From Eledone cirrhosa (lineage: Eukaryota), in the NCBI GenBank assembly GCA_964016885.1, contig OZ024752.1:50158001-50222000 (forward strand): a stretch of DNA of 64,000 nt, written 5' to 3'. The first letter of the stretch is position 1. Every line of letters starts with the position of its first letter. Made by a program: the position numbers and the translations under genes. The notes beneath the pieces were generated by a model. The model made no database searches. It was given only the letters and a program-made list of their open reading frames with translations, and was not told the DNA's origin. Shown in pieces: positions 1 to 12,562 of this stretch.

Positions 1-608
1 GAAAGGAAAGAGAGAGAGAGAGATAGTTAAATACAGAAAGAGACAGTTACAGTTGTATAAAGAGATAGATAGTTGTATAAGAGAAAGAGAGAGGAGGAGA
101 GATGAAAATAGAGAACAAAACAGCAACAAAAAAAAGAGTAAAAAGACAAGATAAACAGTAGGAAGTCTGACAAAGACTAAGTTCATACTTATTACACACA
201 ATAAACAGTGAAATTTAGATGGAAATGTTAACTGATACTGACAAAACATAATACAAATGAAGTTCATAAATATGAACATGGAAGAAGAAAAAAATATTTT
301 ATACAGAAAATTGTTATTTAGATTGAATTTGCTGTTGTCTTTGTATTAAGAGTTTTAAAAAACAGAAACAAAGTGCCGTTGGTCAGCAAACTGCTAACAA
401 AAATTGAGAAATATATGTATTATGCTTGGTTGAAAATAAAGAAAAGGAAGTGACAGTGAGAAATAATAAACATGATAGTCTGAAAATGATTGAAATAACA
501 ACACAATACAAAAGAAATAATGTTCCAGTTTAAAATGAAATCAATATATAATAACTGAAACAACCAAGTTTTCGAACAATAGAGTTTAGCCATTGTAAAA
601 TAAATATA

Positions 609-925
609 TGAAGGTGTGCAGTCTAGTGGTTAGAGCATTGCGCTTACAATCATAAAGTGGTAGAGGTTGATTCCTTGACCAGGAAGTGCTATGTCCTTAA
701 GCAAGACATTTCATTTCATTTTATGTTGTTCCAGTAATAGGCTGGTGAAGTGGAAATCATTACACTGTCACATTAAATACCTTGTGGTATTTGTTCTAGC
801 CCCCTATGCTATAAGTTTAAATCTTGCGTTACAGTATTTGTTCTGGTTCTGTGCATTCTGTGTTCAAATCACACCTCATGTCTCCAGAAAAAATGGTGAC
901 ACCTTGTAAATTTATTGTGTCATCA
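609..925 (+). mobile_element. tRNA-derived SINE, decayed (tRNA-like head plus CORE-like CCTTAAGCAAGACA segment)
   Basis: A-box-like TCTAGTGGTTAGAGC and B-box-like GGTTGATTCC. Similar to the minus-strand copy at 16425-16552. Confidence 0.6.
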
Positions 926-929
926 TATG

Positions 930-1100
930 ATTTTAAGTAGTTGGGTTTAATTTGATTTGATTTAAATAGTCAAATATTAGCGATCCTAGACTGGTATGTT
1001 ATACATCAATGAAACACATGTCAGAGTTATGTTATAAATGTTATTCCCACTCTTCTCGATTGTGATGTTTTAAATAATAATTTTGTAAATTTTATATAAT
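930..1100 (+). repeat. Dispersed repeat with a hammerhead 3' half (GAAACACATGTC)
   Basis: Near-identical copy at 59255-59415. Confidence 0.75.
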
Positions 1101-1200
1101 ATACATATATATATAATCAACTACCAAATCAACTTTTTAAATGGAAGTTGAAGTTGTAAGGTATGTCAAATCTATCTATTTATAAGACTGTTTATATTGT

Positions 1201-1264
1201 ATTTTGTCTGAAGAAGGCATACCATATTTTTAATATGATATCCCTGAAATATATATAATGAAAT
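1201..1264 (+). ncRNA. Type I minimal hammerhead ribozyme (Penelope-like)
   Basis: ATTTTGT-CTGAAGA-AGGCATACCATATT/TTT/AATATGATATCCCT-GAAA-TATATA-TA-ATGAAAT. Stems I and II pair, stem III is palindromic, and AATAAA is at 1262. Confidence 0.8.
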
Positions 1265-1391
1265 AAATATGGTTTTATAAATATAGTTTCCATTTATTTA
1301 ATATCGTAAATATACTCCAAATACTTGTTGAGTGCTTTTATATCAGTTATAAATATTTACTCGTTGTAACCCAACAATTTAAATAAAACTT

Positions 1392-1394
<3 letters not shown>

Positions 1395-1434
<40 letters not shown>

Positions 1435-1436
1435 GT

Positions 1437-1469
<33 letters not shown>

Positions 1470-1476
1470 CATATGT

Positions 1477-1542
<66 letters not shown>

Positions 1543-1544
1543 GT

Positions 1545-1578
<34 letters not shown>

Positions 1579-1588
1579 ATACATATGT

Positions 1589-1652
<64 letters not shown>

Positions 1653-1654
1653 GT

Positions 1655-1716
<62 letters not shown>

Positions 1717-1717
1717 G

Positions 1718-1776
<59 letters not shown>

Positions 1777-1781
1777 ATATG

Positions 1782-1831
<50 letters not shown>
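1395..1831. repeat. Compound (TA)n microsatellite with recurring ACATATGTATATATATGTATATGT interruption
   Basis: Read directly from the sequence. Confidence 0.95.
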
Positions 1832-1835
<4 letters not shown>

Positions 1836-2217
1836 TAAAAGGAAAAGAAAATGCTGACAAATTTTTCCCAGTGAAAAATAGTTTAATTAGGAATCAGTAA
1901 AAATTAGTAATAAGTATTGGTTAGTATTCAGTTTTAAGTTTTTACCGGTTGCGCATTTCTAATGCTTTTCAAAAATAATTTTGAGATAGAGCGCCCGTGA
2001 TGTTTGCTCTAATCTGATCAATTTTTGGAAATTCTACCTGTTTTATGTGAAAAAAGTGGCTCCAGAGGTATTAAGATTTGGTTGGTTGTTGAATGTCACG
2101 TGAATGAGTACTATAAATTCCGCGCCAATTCGTGTTGCAAAAATTCTTGTATATATATATATACATAAAATAAAGTTAAATAAAAAGTCAAATGATTAAA
2201 ATTTAGCTTTGTTTATT

Positions 2218-2272
2218 ACTGCTATATATATTTCAGTGACAGCCATCTTTGGCTGTGACCTCTTCAGGCAGT
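2218..2272 (-). ncRNA. Type I minimal hammerhead ribozyme (Penelope-like)
   Basis: Minus strand reads ACTGC-CTGAAGA-GGTCACAGCCA/AAGA/TGGCTGTCACT-GAAA-TATATA-TA-GCAGT-AATAAA. Stem I is a perfect 5 bp and stem II pairs at 10 of 11 positions. Confidence 0.85.
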
Positions 2273-2466
2273 TTGAATTAGTATGGTATAGACATGTACA
2301 TATGTTGTTGAGGTGTATAATATTGTCAATACTCTGATATGCCCAGTTCCTGGTTGGGTTGTTATTTCATTGAGGAACATGTGTGTGTGTGTATCCCAGG
2401 TTCAATCGGGGTAACCACAGTAAGGTACTCAATACATAGCAGAGTATAAATATTTAATATAGGAAT

Positions 2467-2518
2467 GGCTTCTACAGGACTAGAACTGTTTCATTCAAAG
2501 GAAATCATCAGGAAAGCC
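2467..2518 (-). ncRNA. Type I hammerhead ribozyme
   Basis: Minus strand reads GGCTTTC-CTGATGA-TTTC/CTTT/GAAT-GAAACAG-TTCTAGTC-CTGTA-GAAGCC with a GUA cleavage triplet. GTATTGAGTAC follows about 31 nt downstream (2425-2435). Confidence 0.75.
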
Positions 2519-3451
2519 GACTGCCAATCTGACATGGTGGAATTTATACATTTTCTGTTGGTAGAGGAGTGTGGTGACTGGGATGGGTGGAGGTCATTGG
2601 CTGATGGATTTAAAGAATGGGGATTCTTTAAGTGAAAAAACTCTATTTGTATTTGTGGTAATATAAACCAGACAGACAAAATTTTACAAATGTTTTTAGT
2701 CTGGCACTCTAACATGTCAGCTACTTCCTCCCCAATTTTACAACTGTTGATAAGATTGATAAATAACAAATACTTAATTATTTCATTGTATAAAAATCCT
2801 GGTTCAGAATTCTATCATTATTGTTTTGTTTTATTTTGTTTTTCTGTTCTGTTTGTTGGTTTTTCTGTTTTTAAATATTCATCATAGACTGAGCTAAATA
2901 TTTGACTGTTTTAGAAACCAACAGCTTATTAAAAGATTATCTGCGTTTACTGAATCCTACACAAGTAAATCAAGTAGAAACTGGATCTGACTTTCTTATC
3001 AAAGATCAACAACTATAAAAAGAAATTTAATGTAAAGCAACTACATTAAAGCCATTAAAGCTTCTTTCCCATCAGAGCCTGATGATGGATTTTCATATGC
3101 AGCTTATCATAAGATCAACAATAGGAATTCTTCAATATTTCAACAACATGTTAACCCTTTTATCCAAAGATAACTTCTTTTCATTTTTTTCTTTTTCATT
3201 TTTTTTTTTTTGTGAATAATGTTGATGGATTGATATTCTCTGATCAGGAAAAATTTGAATATTAATTCATAGATTAAAATGAACATTTATTAATATATTC
3301 CAACTCTTCTAAATTATTCTCAATTATTTATATCAAATAGACAAATTTTGTCTTGAAATCAGAATTTCTAAACATATATTCTAGAAGTATTAAAGGTATT
3401 AATTTATATTTGTTTTATACGTTTTGTTGTAGTTTTTATTTTAAGGGTTAT

Positions 3452-3640
3452 GAGGGTGGTGGTAGAGTGTTGGACAACATGCTTTGTGGCAGAAAGTTAC
3501 ATCCCTTTACATTCTGAATTCAAATCCCATTGAGATGAGCTTTGCCTTTTTTCTTTACAGGTTCAATAAAATAAAGTACCAGTAACACACTGGGGTTGAT
3601 TTAATTGTCTTTCCCTTCCCCCAGAAATTGTTAGGCTGAC
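3452..3640 (+). mobile_element. SINE, main family (decayed)
   Basis: Matches the family consensus GAGTTCAAATCCC...CTTTGCCTTT...ATAAAATAAAGTACCAGTAA. Confidence 0.75.
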
Positions 3641-3744
3641 AAAAAGTGCCTGGGGAAGAGAAAACTAAGTACAAACATCAAGATTCCTGTCTACAAGACA
3701 TGTGCCCTCAGCACACTACTTTACAGCAATGAGATAAAGTGCTA

Positions 3745-3985
3745 AGTACTTGAGGTGGATGAGATATGTGGGAAAGAGGGACCTAAGGATATATATATAC
3801 CAGTTGTATAAAGAAGGGCTAAGTGAGGTAGATGAGATATGTGGGAAAGAGGGACCTAGGAAGATATTCAATGAAGTAGTGAAGACTAGTGACCTCATGA
3901 AGTTGAACCTCACAAAGGAGATGACAAACGGACCAACCATGATAACTGGCGAGATGCTGTACTCGGGAAGACCCCCCACCCCACT
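3745..3985 (+). mobile_element. Old RTE LINE 3' fragment
   Basis: Translation GKEGPRKIFNEVVKTSDLMKLNLTKEM resembles the RTE C-terminus GRPRKTWAEVVRTDLRSLKLTVEM. Internal direct repeat of about 36 bp at 3752 and 3825. Confidence 0.55.
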
Positions 3986-4124
3986 GATAGTTAATTATAT
4001 TATCCTGGAAGAATGGAATGCAAAGTTGATCTTGGAGGGTTTTGACCTTGCAAAGTGAAGAGCCAAAACTAATATCACAGGGCATCTTGTTTGATACTCT
4101 AATGATTCTGGCAGTCGAGGTCTT

Positions 4125-4370
4125 GGTGATAGTTGTGGTGGTGGTGGTGGTGGTGGTGATGGTGTTGGTGGAGCTGGTGGTGAGGGTGGTGGTGATGGTG
4201 CTGGTGGTGGTGGTGATAGTGTTGTTGCTGGTGGTGGTGGTGGTGATGGTGATGGTGGTGATAGTGTTGTTGTTGTTGTTGTTGGTGGTGGTGGTGCTGA
4301 TGATGATGGTGGTGAGGATGGTGGTGGTCATCGTCGTTGTCATGGTAGCCATGGTGGTGGTGGTGGTGAA
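4125..4370. repeat. (GGT/GAT)n trinucleotide repeat
   Basis: Read directly from the sequence. Confidence 0.9.
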
Positions 4371-4552
4371 GTGTTGGAAAAATCTAAAAGGAGTATAACA
4401 ACAACAACAACAACAGCAGCAGTAGCAGCAGCATGCCTGATATTAAAAGCTTTGTCTTATAGTCAGCAATGAGAAACTATTAAAAAGTCAGTGAAGAGGA
4501 TATAAATTCATTAAGGCACTCAACACTAGTGAAGAAGAAGAAGAAGAAGAAG

Positions 4553-4755
4553 CATCCTCATCACCATCATCACCATCATCACCATCATCACCATCATCAC
4601 CATCATCACCATCATCACCATCATCACCATCATCGCCACCACCACCATCATCACCATCATCACCATCATCACCATCACCATCATCATCACCATCATCACC
4701 ATCATCACCATCATCATTGTTTAACGTCTCTCTTCCAAGCTAGCATGGGTTGACA
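4553..4755 (-). mobile_element. RTE family A extreme 3' end with expanded (GAT/GGT)n tail
   Basis: TTTAACGTC...CCAAGCTAGCATGGGTT is the reverse complement of the family A terminus and is preceded by a CATCAC array. Confidence 0.7.
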
Positions 4756-6539
4756 CATTGCCACCAATGACACTGAAGACCCTCTTCAAAGTAAATAGGC
4801 AAAAAAAAAGAGAGAGAGACAGGAAAAGAATGTGTCTTACAAGACATTTCTTGTGATGAATAATAGTAAATGTTGAAATGTTCCCCTAGAAGAACATAGA
4901 CAGAGGTAAACGAGAGAGAGGGGGATGAATGAGAGAGGGGGGGGTGAGAGTGATTGAGACAGAGAATGAGTGAGTGAGAGAGAGAGAAAGTGGGAGCGGG
5001 GGGAGGGGGGGGGAGATAGAGAGAGTGAGTGAGAGAGAGAAAGAGTGAGAGAGAAAGGGTGAGAAAAAGTGAGTGAGTGAATAAGTGAGAGAGAGAGTGA
5101 GAGAGTGAGTGAATGAGTATGTGAGTAAGTGAGTGAGTGAGTGAGTGAGAGAGAGAGAGGGGCGGGAGAAGGAAAGAGAGGAAGAGAGGGAAGAAAGAGA
5201 GAGAGAGGGAGTGAAAATGAGTGAGAGAGAATGAGAATGAGTAAGTGAGAGAGAGAGAGAGAAAGAGAGATCTGATAGCTGAAAGCTAATTATAGGTAAC
5301 TCGTTTTTTTTTTTTGTTTTTTTTTTTCTGCTAGGGAGAAGAAATTGTTCCCTACCACATTCACAGCTAATTCCTCCCCCCCCCCCACCTTTTTTTTTAG
5401 AAAAGAGAGAGGAGTGGTAGTAGGAATGGGAAACAGCAATTGGTGGAAGTAGAAAGACCCAAATGTGATCTGGATCTATTTAGCGAGTACAACTATCTGC
5501 CCTGAGCCGATTGGTTAGTTCTTCTCTGAGTCAGTTTTAAAAGTCTGCAGATTAAATACAACAATAATTTTATAAAACTATTTGGTTTGTTTGTTGATAT
5601 TGTTTATTTTTGTTTTAAAAAGATGTTGTTATTTTTTGTTGATTTTTTTTTTTTTTTTTTTTAAATGTAATTTCAATTTGTTTTTAAACACCTAGGGGCA
5701 AAAACTTAAGATTTCTTTTAGTTCTTTTATTTCCTCTAACAATCACAGAATATATTTTGTATTTTAAAGAAATGAAGTAGCCAGAGAACTGCAACTTAAT
5801 CAATGGTAGTTAAGTGTGAATTAAAACAAAAGGATTTTTTTTTAAATAACATTGCTAAGACAAAAATTAAGTATTAAGTAAAATAAATTTTTTTTTTAAA
5901 TATATATTTAAAGTTAGAGATATCTTCTAGCTAAGCATTAAAGATAGCAGAAAGTTTTTTTATTTGAATTTTTTTCAATTATTTCATTCCTTAAAACAGG
6001 AATATTTTGAAATGGTAGTACCACCAATGATGTGTTATAAACATCTTTTTGAGTTTCAAAAAAAATAAAAATTTAAAAAAATAAAAAAAATAAAAATGTT
6101 AAATAATTGCTGTTGTTTTCTTGGTTTTTACAAGTCATTTAATAGTTTTTACAAGTCATTTAATCTAGTTTTTACAATAATGCTAAATTTTCAGTTGACT
6201 GCATTTGAAATGGTCTTTAAATTTACAAGATATTTTTGTTTTACTCTGTAGCTTGAATATTTACTTTTGTTTCTTTTTTCAGTTTGTTTGTTTTCTTAAC
6301 TTTAAATGTAAGCATATATTGACCTGATCTACATAAAGCTTATTGGTTATTGATTACACCAATCTGTACACAGATGAGTCCAACTTACCACCACCATCAT
6401 ATTCCATTTTCTTTATGTCTAAACAACAAAATATTGTGAAATAGAAAGTGAAATTGTCATTCCTAATTAGAATTGTATTGTCTTTTCCTAAAACAATGTT
6501 TCATATAAACTACACAATTTTGTAAGTATATACAAAAAG

Positions 6540-6713
6540 CAGCCAGTACTCACTGTAAATGAGGTTGGCGCTAGGAAGGGCATCCAGTTGTAGGAAGGGT
6601 AAACAAGCTAAAATCTGTTCTGTATGAGCATGAAATGGTCACAACAGGACCTAGCATTTCTCACAACAGGATAACTCGTCTAACCCATGCCAGTGTGGAA
6701 AAATGGGCGTTAA

Positions 6714-6749
<36 letters not shown>

Positions 6750-6753
6750 GTGA
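6540..6753 (+). mobile_element. RTE family A-like 3' UTR fragment with (GAT)n tail
   Basis: AGGAAGGGCATCCAG...AACCCATGCCAGTGTGGAAAAATGGGCGTTAAATGATGAT is similar to 31560-31703. Confidence 0.8.
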
Positions 6754-6848
6754 TATATATATATATATATAACGAAGGAAGTGTGTTAAGGAACTAGGTG
6801 GACCATAACGCACCAGAGTACTCAATACTTTGGGTAGTAGAGTAGGTA

Positions 6849-6952
6849 ATAGGAAAATGTTCAAGACCCCGACGGCAGAGCTCAAGCCGTTTCGACGGAT
6901 AGCCATCGAAACGGCTTGAGCTCAGCCGTTGGGGTCTTGAACATTTTCCTAT
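6849..6952. repeat. Fold-back palindrome, 50-bp arms, carrying hammerhead 3' halves
   Basis: Arms at 6849-6898 and 6903-6952, 3 differences, loop ATAG. Each strand reads GAAACGGC-TTGAGCTC(T/A)-GCCGT(C/T)-GGGGTC. Confidence 0.9.
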
Positions 6953-6975
6953 ATATATATATATATAGGGAAATA

Positions 6976-7008
<33 letters not shown>

Positions 7009-7394
7009 CAGACTTTTGATAGAAATTTAAATTTCTTTCCAAACAGTGATCCAAATGAAACTTTGCAAAAAATATTAAGGAATAAAGGATATAAAAATAA
7101 AAACAATCTCTGTCTCCAAACAATCACATGGCGGGAATGCTCCTCAAGGAAACATTCTCCTTGCTAAATGCTCTTTCAAGTCTTCATTGAAATCTGTCTC
7201 CTGCCTAAAGCCACATCAGAGTGGAGTGTATTCCAGTTCCATTGGTGTTAAGCAATGGAAGGTACAAGATTAGATAGGACGCCATTCTATTGTAGGGTTT
7301 ACTCCTAGCAAGAGTTCATGTTAATTGTTTTTATTTTGTTTGTTGTTGTTGTTTGTTTTCAGCAGACTGAACTGAAACAATAAAATATCTCATA

Positions 7395-7580
7395 TAATTG
7401 TTTCTACTTTAGGCACAAGGCCTGCAATTATCCCAGTGTATTACTGGTACTTTATTTTATCGACCCTGTAAGGATGAAAGGCAAAATTAACCTCGGCAGG
7501 ATTTGAACTCAGATCATAAAGGGACATAACTCTATGCTGGAAAGCATGGCGTCTGACCCTCTACCGATACTGCCAATCCA
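7395..7580 (-). mobile_element. SINE, main family
   Basis: AATTGTTTCTACTTTAGGCACAAGG...GGATTTGAACTCAGA...CTGCCAATCCA. Confidence 0.9.
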
Positions 7581-7671
7581 AAAATATCTCATATAATGAC
7601 ACGATATACCATCCAGTCAACATTCTATTCACTGGGTCATACATCTTTACATACTAAATAACCTTATGGTA

Positions 7672-7870
7672 ATCATCATCATCATTTTACGTTCGTTTTT
7701 CCCTGCTTGCAAGGGTGGGATGGTCCTATTCAGCACAGCATCTCTCCACTTGTCATGGTCCTTTGTCATCTCCTCTGTGAGCTTCAGTGATCTGAGGTCT
7801 GCTCTCACCCCCTCCGCCCATGTTTTTTGTGGTCTTCCTCTACTGCGTCTTCCTTCTACCAGGATTTCTT
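7672..7870 (-). mobile_element. RTE family B 3' fragment
   Basis: Encodes VEGRRSRGRPQKTWAEGVRADLRSLKLTEEM, has a (GAT)n tail, and is similar to 38946-39355. Confidence 0.85.
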
Positions 7871-7924
7871 GGTAATATTTATATATAATATAAAACAGGG
7901 GCAATATAATCATTTTATCGTGTC

Positions 7925-8060
7925 ACTAACAAGGTTGGAGGATTGTGGTACTCATTTCAGCTCTTTGGTCTCAGAGTTCAAATACCACCAAGGTCAACTT
8001 CGCCTTTCATCCATCCGAAGTCGACAAAAAAAAGTACCAGTCAAGTACTGGGATCAATTC
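7925..8060 (+). mobile_element. SINE, main family (diverged)
   Basis: GAGTTCAAAT...GGTCAACTTCGCCTTTCATCC...GTCGACAAAA...GTACCAGT. Confidence 0.7.
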
Positions 8061-9249
8061 TTCCTCTATATCTCTTTCTCACTTCCATTGTCTCACTCTC
8101 TATCCTTCTCTGGAAGAAATCTGCTATATTCAGACCTGGGGAGGAGATATGCTCTTCCAGGTTTTAAAAAAATACCCTAGAAATGCTGTATGTCAATACA
8201 GCACCTCTACTACTCCCTCAAGAGTTACAGGACCATGTGTGCATGTGACTAGCATTAATGAGGTTATCTGTATCATTTTTTTTATTCAGGGTTACTGCTT
8301 TTCTTAATGAGTTGCTTTCACTTTGGTTTATAGACTCTGCATCTTTTCTGTGCACATATTTATAGAGTTATTGCTATTCTAGACAGGTTGCTTTCATTAC
8401 ATCATCTTACAGAGTCCATGTCTCCTTTTATGCAAGTCATTATTTCGACTAATAAATTAAATTTATATGAAAATATTTAGTTGATCTTTCCAACTAATAT
8501 GATTTTTTTTTTTTTTCTTTTGTTAATGTTGACACAAAGAAACAATATTACTTGATATTTATGATATTATGATATAAATCAAATGAAACATTTTTATCAT
8601 TACAGAATTTTGTGTGTATATATATCACTTTACACTGTAAACACTCCTCGAACAAACTCCTCTAATTCCCCCTTCCTCTTTCCCACTTCCATCCCCCTAA
8701 AAAAAGCTGTTGTTTTTCTCAATTATCAGAGAAAAGTAATTGACTTTAAATAGAGAGAGAGTTTTTTTGTTTTTTTTTCCAGAAATATTGAGCAATAATT
8801 CCTGGACATATTTGTTATATAAAAGATAAAACAACAGAAAGAGAAATCAGAACTTTCTACTCTAAACTAAATATGCAAAAGAATATCGGATTAAACTTGA
8901 TTTTGATGTGTGATATTACAATATTACAATAGAAATCAAAATATCTTGCCACTTTTTATAATAATGTCCTCCTCGTTTTATTTTATTATTTTATTATATT
9001 TATACATATTTATCATTTTTATTTTGGTTTATTTATGCTCTCCAGAAAAAAGTTTGTTGCCACATCTTAGAAATGTGTGAAGTTAATATTAGACCACCTT
9101 ATGTTTTTGCTTTAAGTACATACATGTAAATAGAGGTGCTAACTTAATAGTAGGTGAGCTCATCTCACAAGCTTCTTCAGGAGTGCTAATTTCACCTAGA
9201 ACTTTTTTCAAGTGATAGTCTTCGTACATTGACTAACCAATCTAATATG

Positions 9250-9294
<45 letters not shown>

Positions 9295-9422
9295 TGTATA
9301 TATATATACATATATATATATATGTCTGTATATATATGTGTATATATATATATATTATATTATATTACATTATACATATTTATATGCGTGTGTATATATA
9401 TATATTTTTTTAGGAGAAGCTT

Positions 9423-9456
<34 letters not shown>

Positions 9457-9654
9457 AAGTGGCTTGACTAGTATTGTGATTTTTTTTTTTATTTATTCAC
9501 ATATTTATTTATTCACATATTTATTCATTTAAGTTATAACACATTGTGGCAAGCTAGGTATTAAAACAAGTTAGAACAATGAATTAAACAAAACCGCCAT
9601 CTAATACAAATTGACTACAATTTGTGACGATATATAATGGCAAATAATAATAAC

Positions 9655-9690
<36 letters not shown>

Positions 9691-9725
9691 CTTTCCAGTC
9701 AAATAACATCAATGACTGAGACTCA

Positions 9726-9759
<34 letters not shown>

Positions 9760-9892
9760 GATAATAATACAACAGAAAGTAAAAGTTAAAGTTATGTACT
9801 CGTTGTTATGAATTGGAACCTCTAGTTTAAAAGAAAAATGAAAGAGTTAAAAAATATTTCATAGACAAAGACATAATTTTTGGCTAATCCTT

Positions 9893-10230
9893 GCCATCAT
9901 CACCATCACCATCACCACCATCACCATCACCACCATCATCATCACCATCACCATCATCATCATCATCATCGTCATCACCACCACTATCACCATCATCACC
10001 ATCATCACCATCGTCACCACCACCACCATCATCATCATCACATTCACCATCACCATCATCATCACCACCATCATCACCATCACCACCACAATCATCATCA
10101 CCATCACCATCATCATCACCGCCATCATCATCACCACCATCACCATCATCACCATCACCACCATCACCATCACCACCATCACCATCACCACCATCACCAT
10201 CATCATCATCATCATCATCATCAGCCATCA
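9893..10230. repeat. (CAT/CAC)n trinucleotide array
   Basis: Read directly from the sequence. Confidence 0.95.
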
Positions 10231-10884
10231 TGAATAATTGATCAATTAATTAATTTGACAATTTTTGCAGCTTAACCAACAAAACACTATTTTTTTTTTT
10301 TTATGTTTCAATAATCTCTGAGGAATTGATTGTAGTTCACTCAAAACAGTAAAAGGAAATAATATACTTCACTAAATACTCAAATCTATTTTAACATCAG
10401 AGAATTTGATGTAGTTGTAGTTGTTGTTATTGTTGTTGTTGTTGTTTTTACCTCCATTGACAATTGCATGTCAATGATGATGATACTTATGCCAAAAAAG
10501 GTAATGTAAAAACAGATGGCAGCATTAGTTAAGTAATATTTTATTCTTTATTCCTTTATATTACTTTTTAACAACACCACCCAACCACTCTTCCCCCCGC
10601 CACCACCACCACCACCGCCACCATCGCCACCATCGCCACCACCTTTGCTAAATAAATATTTTAAACATAAGGTTTTCTTTCATTAGCAAGTCAGCAGGGA
10701 TATTTCATCCTTTGAAAAAGAATCATTAAAATTTACCCCAAAAATATAAATAATAATAATAATAATAATAATATTTTTAAAAAGTAAAAAAAATAATTAT
10801 CACCAAGCTTAATAACTGTTATCAAATATTCCATATCGTATAATTTATATTACATATCAAGTTTTTTTTTCTAAGTACTCAAGA

Positions 10885-11405
<521 letters not shown>

Positions 11406-11729
11406 CATGCACACTTATACACTGCCACCACAGGCCCCTTTTTATAACCATTTTCACCTAAGCTAGGTGACAATACATCCAAAGACGAGAGATTGTGTCT
11501 CTCTTAGCATGAATCACACTCATTCATATTCATAAATGTCTCGTAAACGGATGATAAATACACACAAGAGAAAAGGTGAATATATGGCTTCTCCACATGC
11601 ATATCTGCATGAATATATAAATATCTGAAAGTATTCTATATAACAAACACAGCATCGCTTAATGGTATAACGATACAATTTAATTTTGGTATGCATATGT
11701 ATGCGAGTATATGTATTTGTGTTTGTGTA

Positions 11730-11797
<68 letters not shown>

Positions 11798-11843
11798 TGT
11801 TCATGTATACATCTATCTATCTAATTCTCTCACTCTCTAAATA

Positions 11844-11966
<123 letters not shown>

Positions 11967-11981
11967 TATCTTTCTAAAGAT

Positions 11982-12019
<38 letters not shown>

Positions 12020-12407
12020 GTATCCATGAATATATGAACAAATTTCAGTGTGTTGATGAGAAGCAGTTTAGGCCAGTGTTGAGCTGAGATATCTGTGGGA
12101 TTAACTAATGCAGGTTCTTTGTACAGTTTCCTGGTAGAACACTGGTTGACCTCACACGTGTATTGCCAAAAGCATAACTATACACTGTACCACAAACTTC
12201 TTATTTTCCTTATTAAACAACATTACAACTATACTGACATATAGAAATATCTCTATATATAATAAAATGTTGTAGTTTGCTTGTATTGTATGTAAGATGG
12301 TGTTATTAAGTTAGACATGGCCTAGGCCAATACTAACTGAAGTTACGTTCCAAACACCATCTTAATAATGAGAAAGTTGTTTTACTAAATCCCTCCAAAT
12401 TCTTTAT

Positions 12408-12562
12408 TACCATATTTCCCGGTGTCAAAGACGCTACTTTTTTCATAAAATAAGTTTCAAAAATCTACCATACGTCCTGGAGGCCGAAGGTTGTTTATTA
12501 TTATTTTTTTTATTTTTGGTTGTCAAAATTAAGATGCGTCCTCGAGGACAAAGCATACGGTA
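12408..12562. mobile_element. Short non-autonomous DNA transposon (TACCGTA...TACGGTA termini, Tc1/mariner-like)
   Basis: Ends read TACCATATTT and CATACGGTA. A related copy is at 59886-60040. Confidence 0.6.

Noticed and set aside
2914-3020. Possible terminal exon after TTTTAG (ETNSLLKDYLRLLNP...)
   Set aside because: Short, unrecognised and compatible with chance.
9140-9190. Minus-strand CTGAAGA followed by an AGCTT/GAGCT hairpin
   Set aside because: No GAAA or stem III follows, so it cannot be called a hammerhead.
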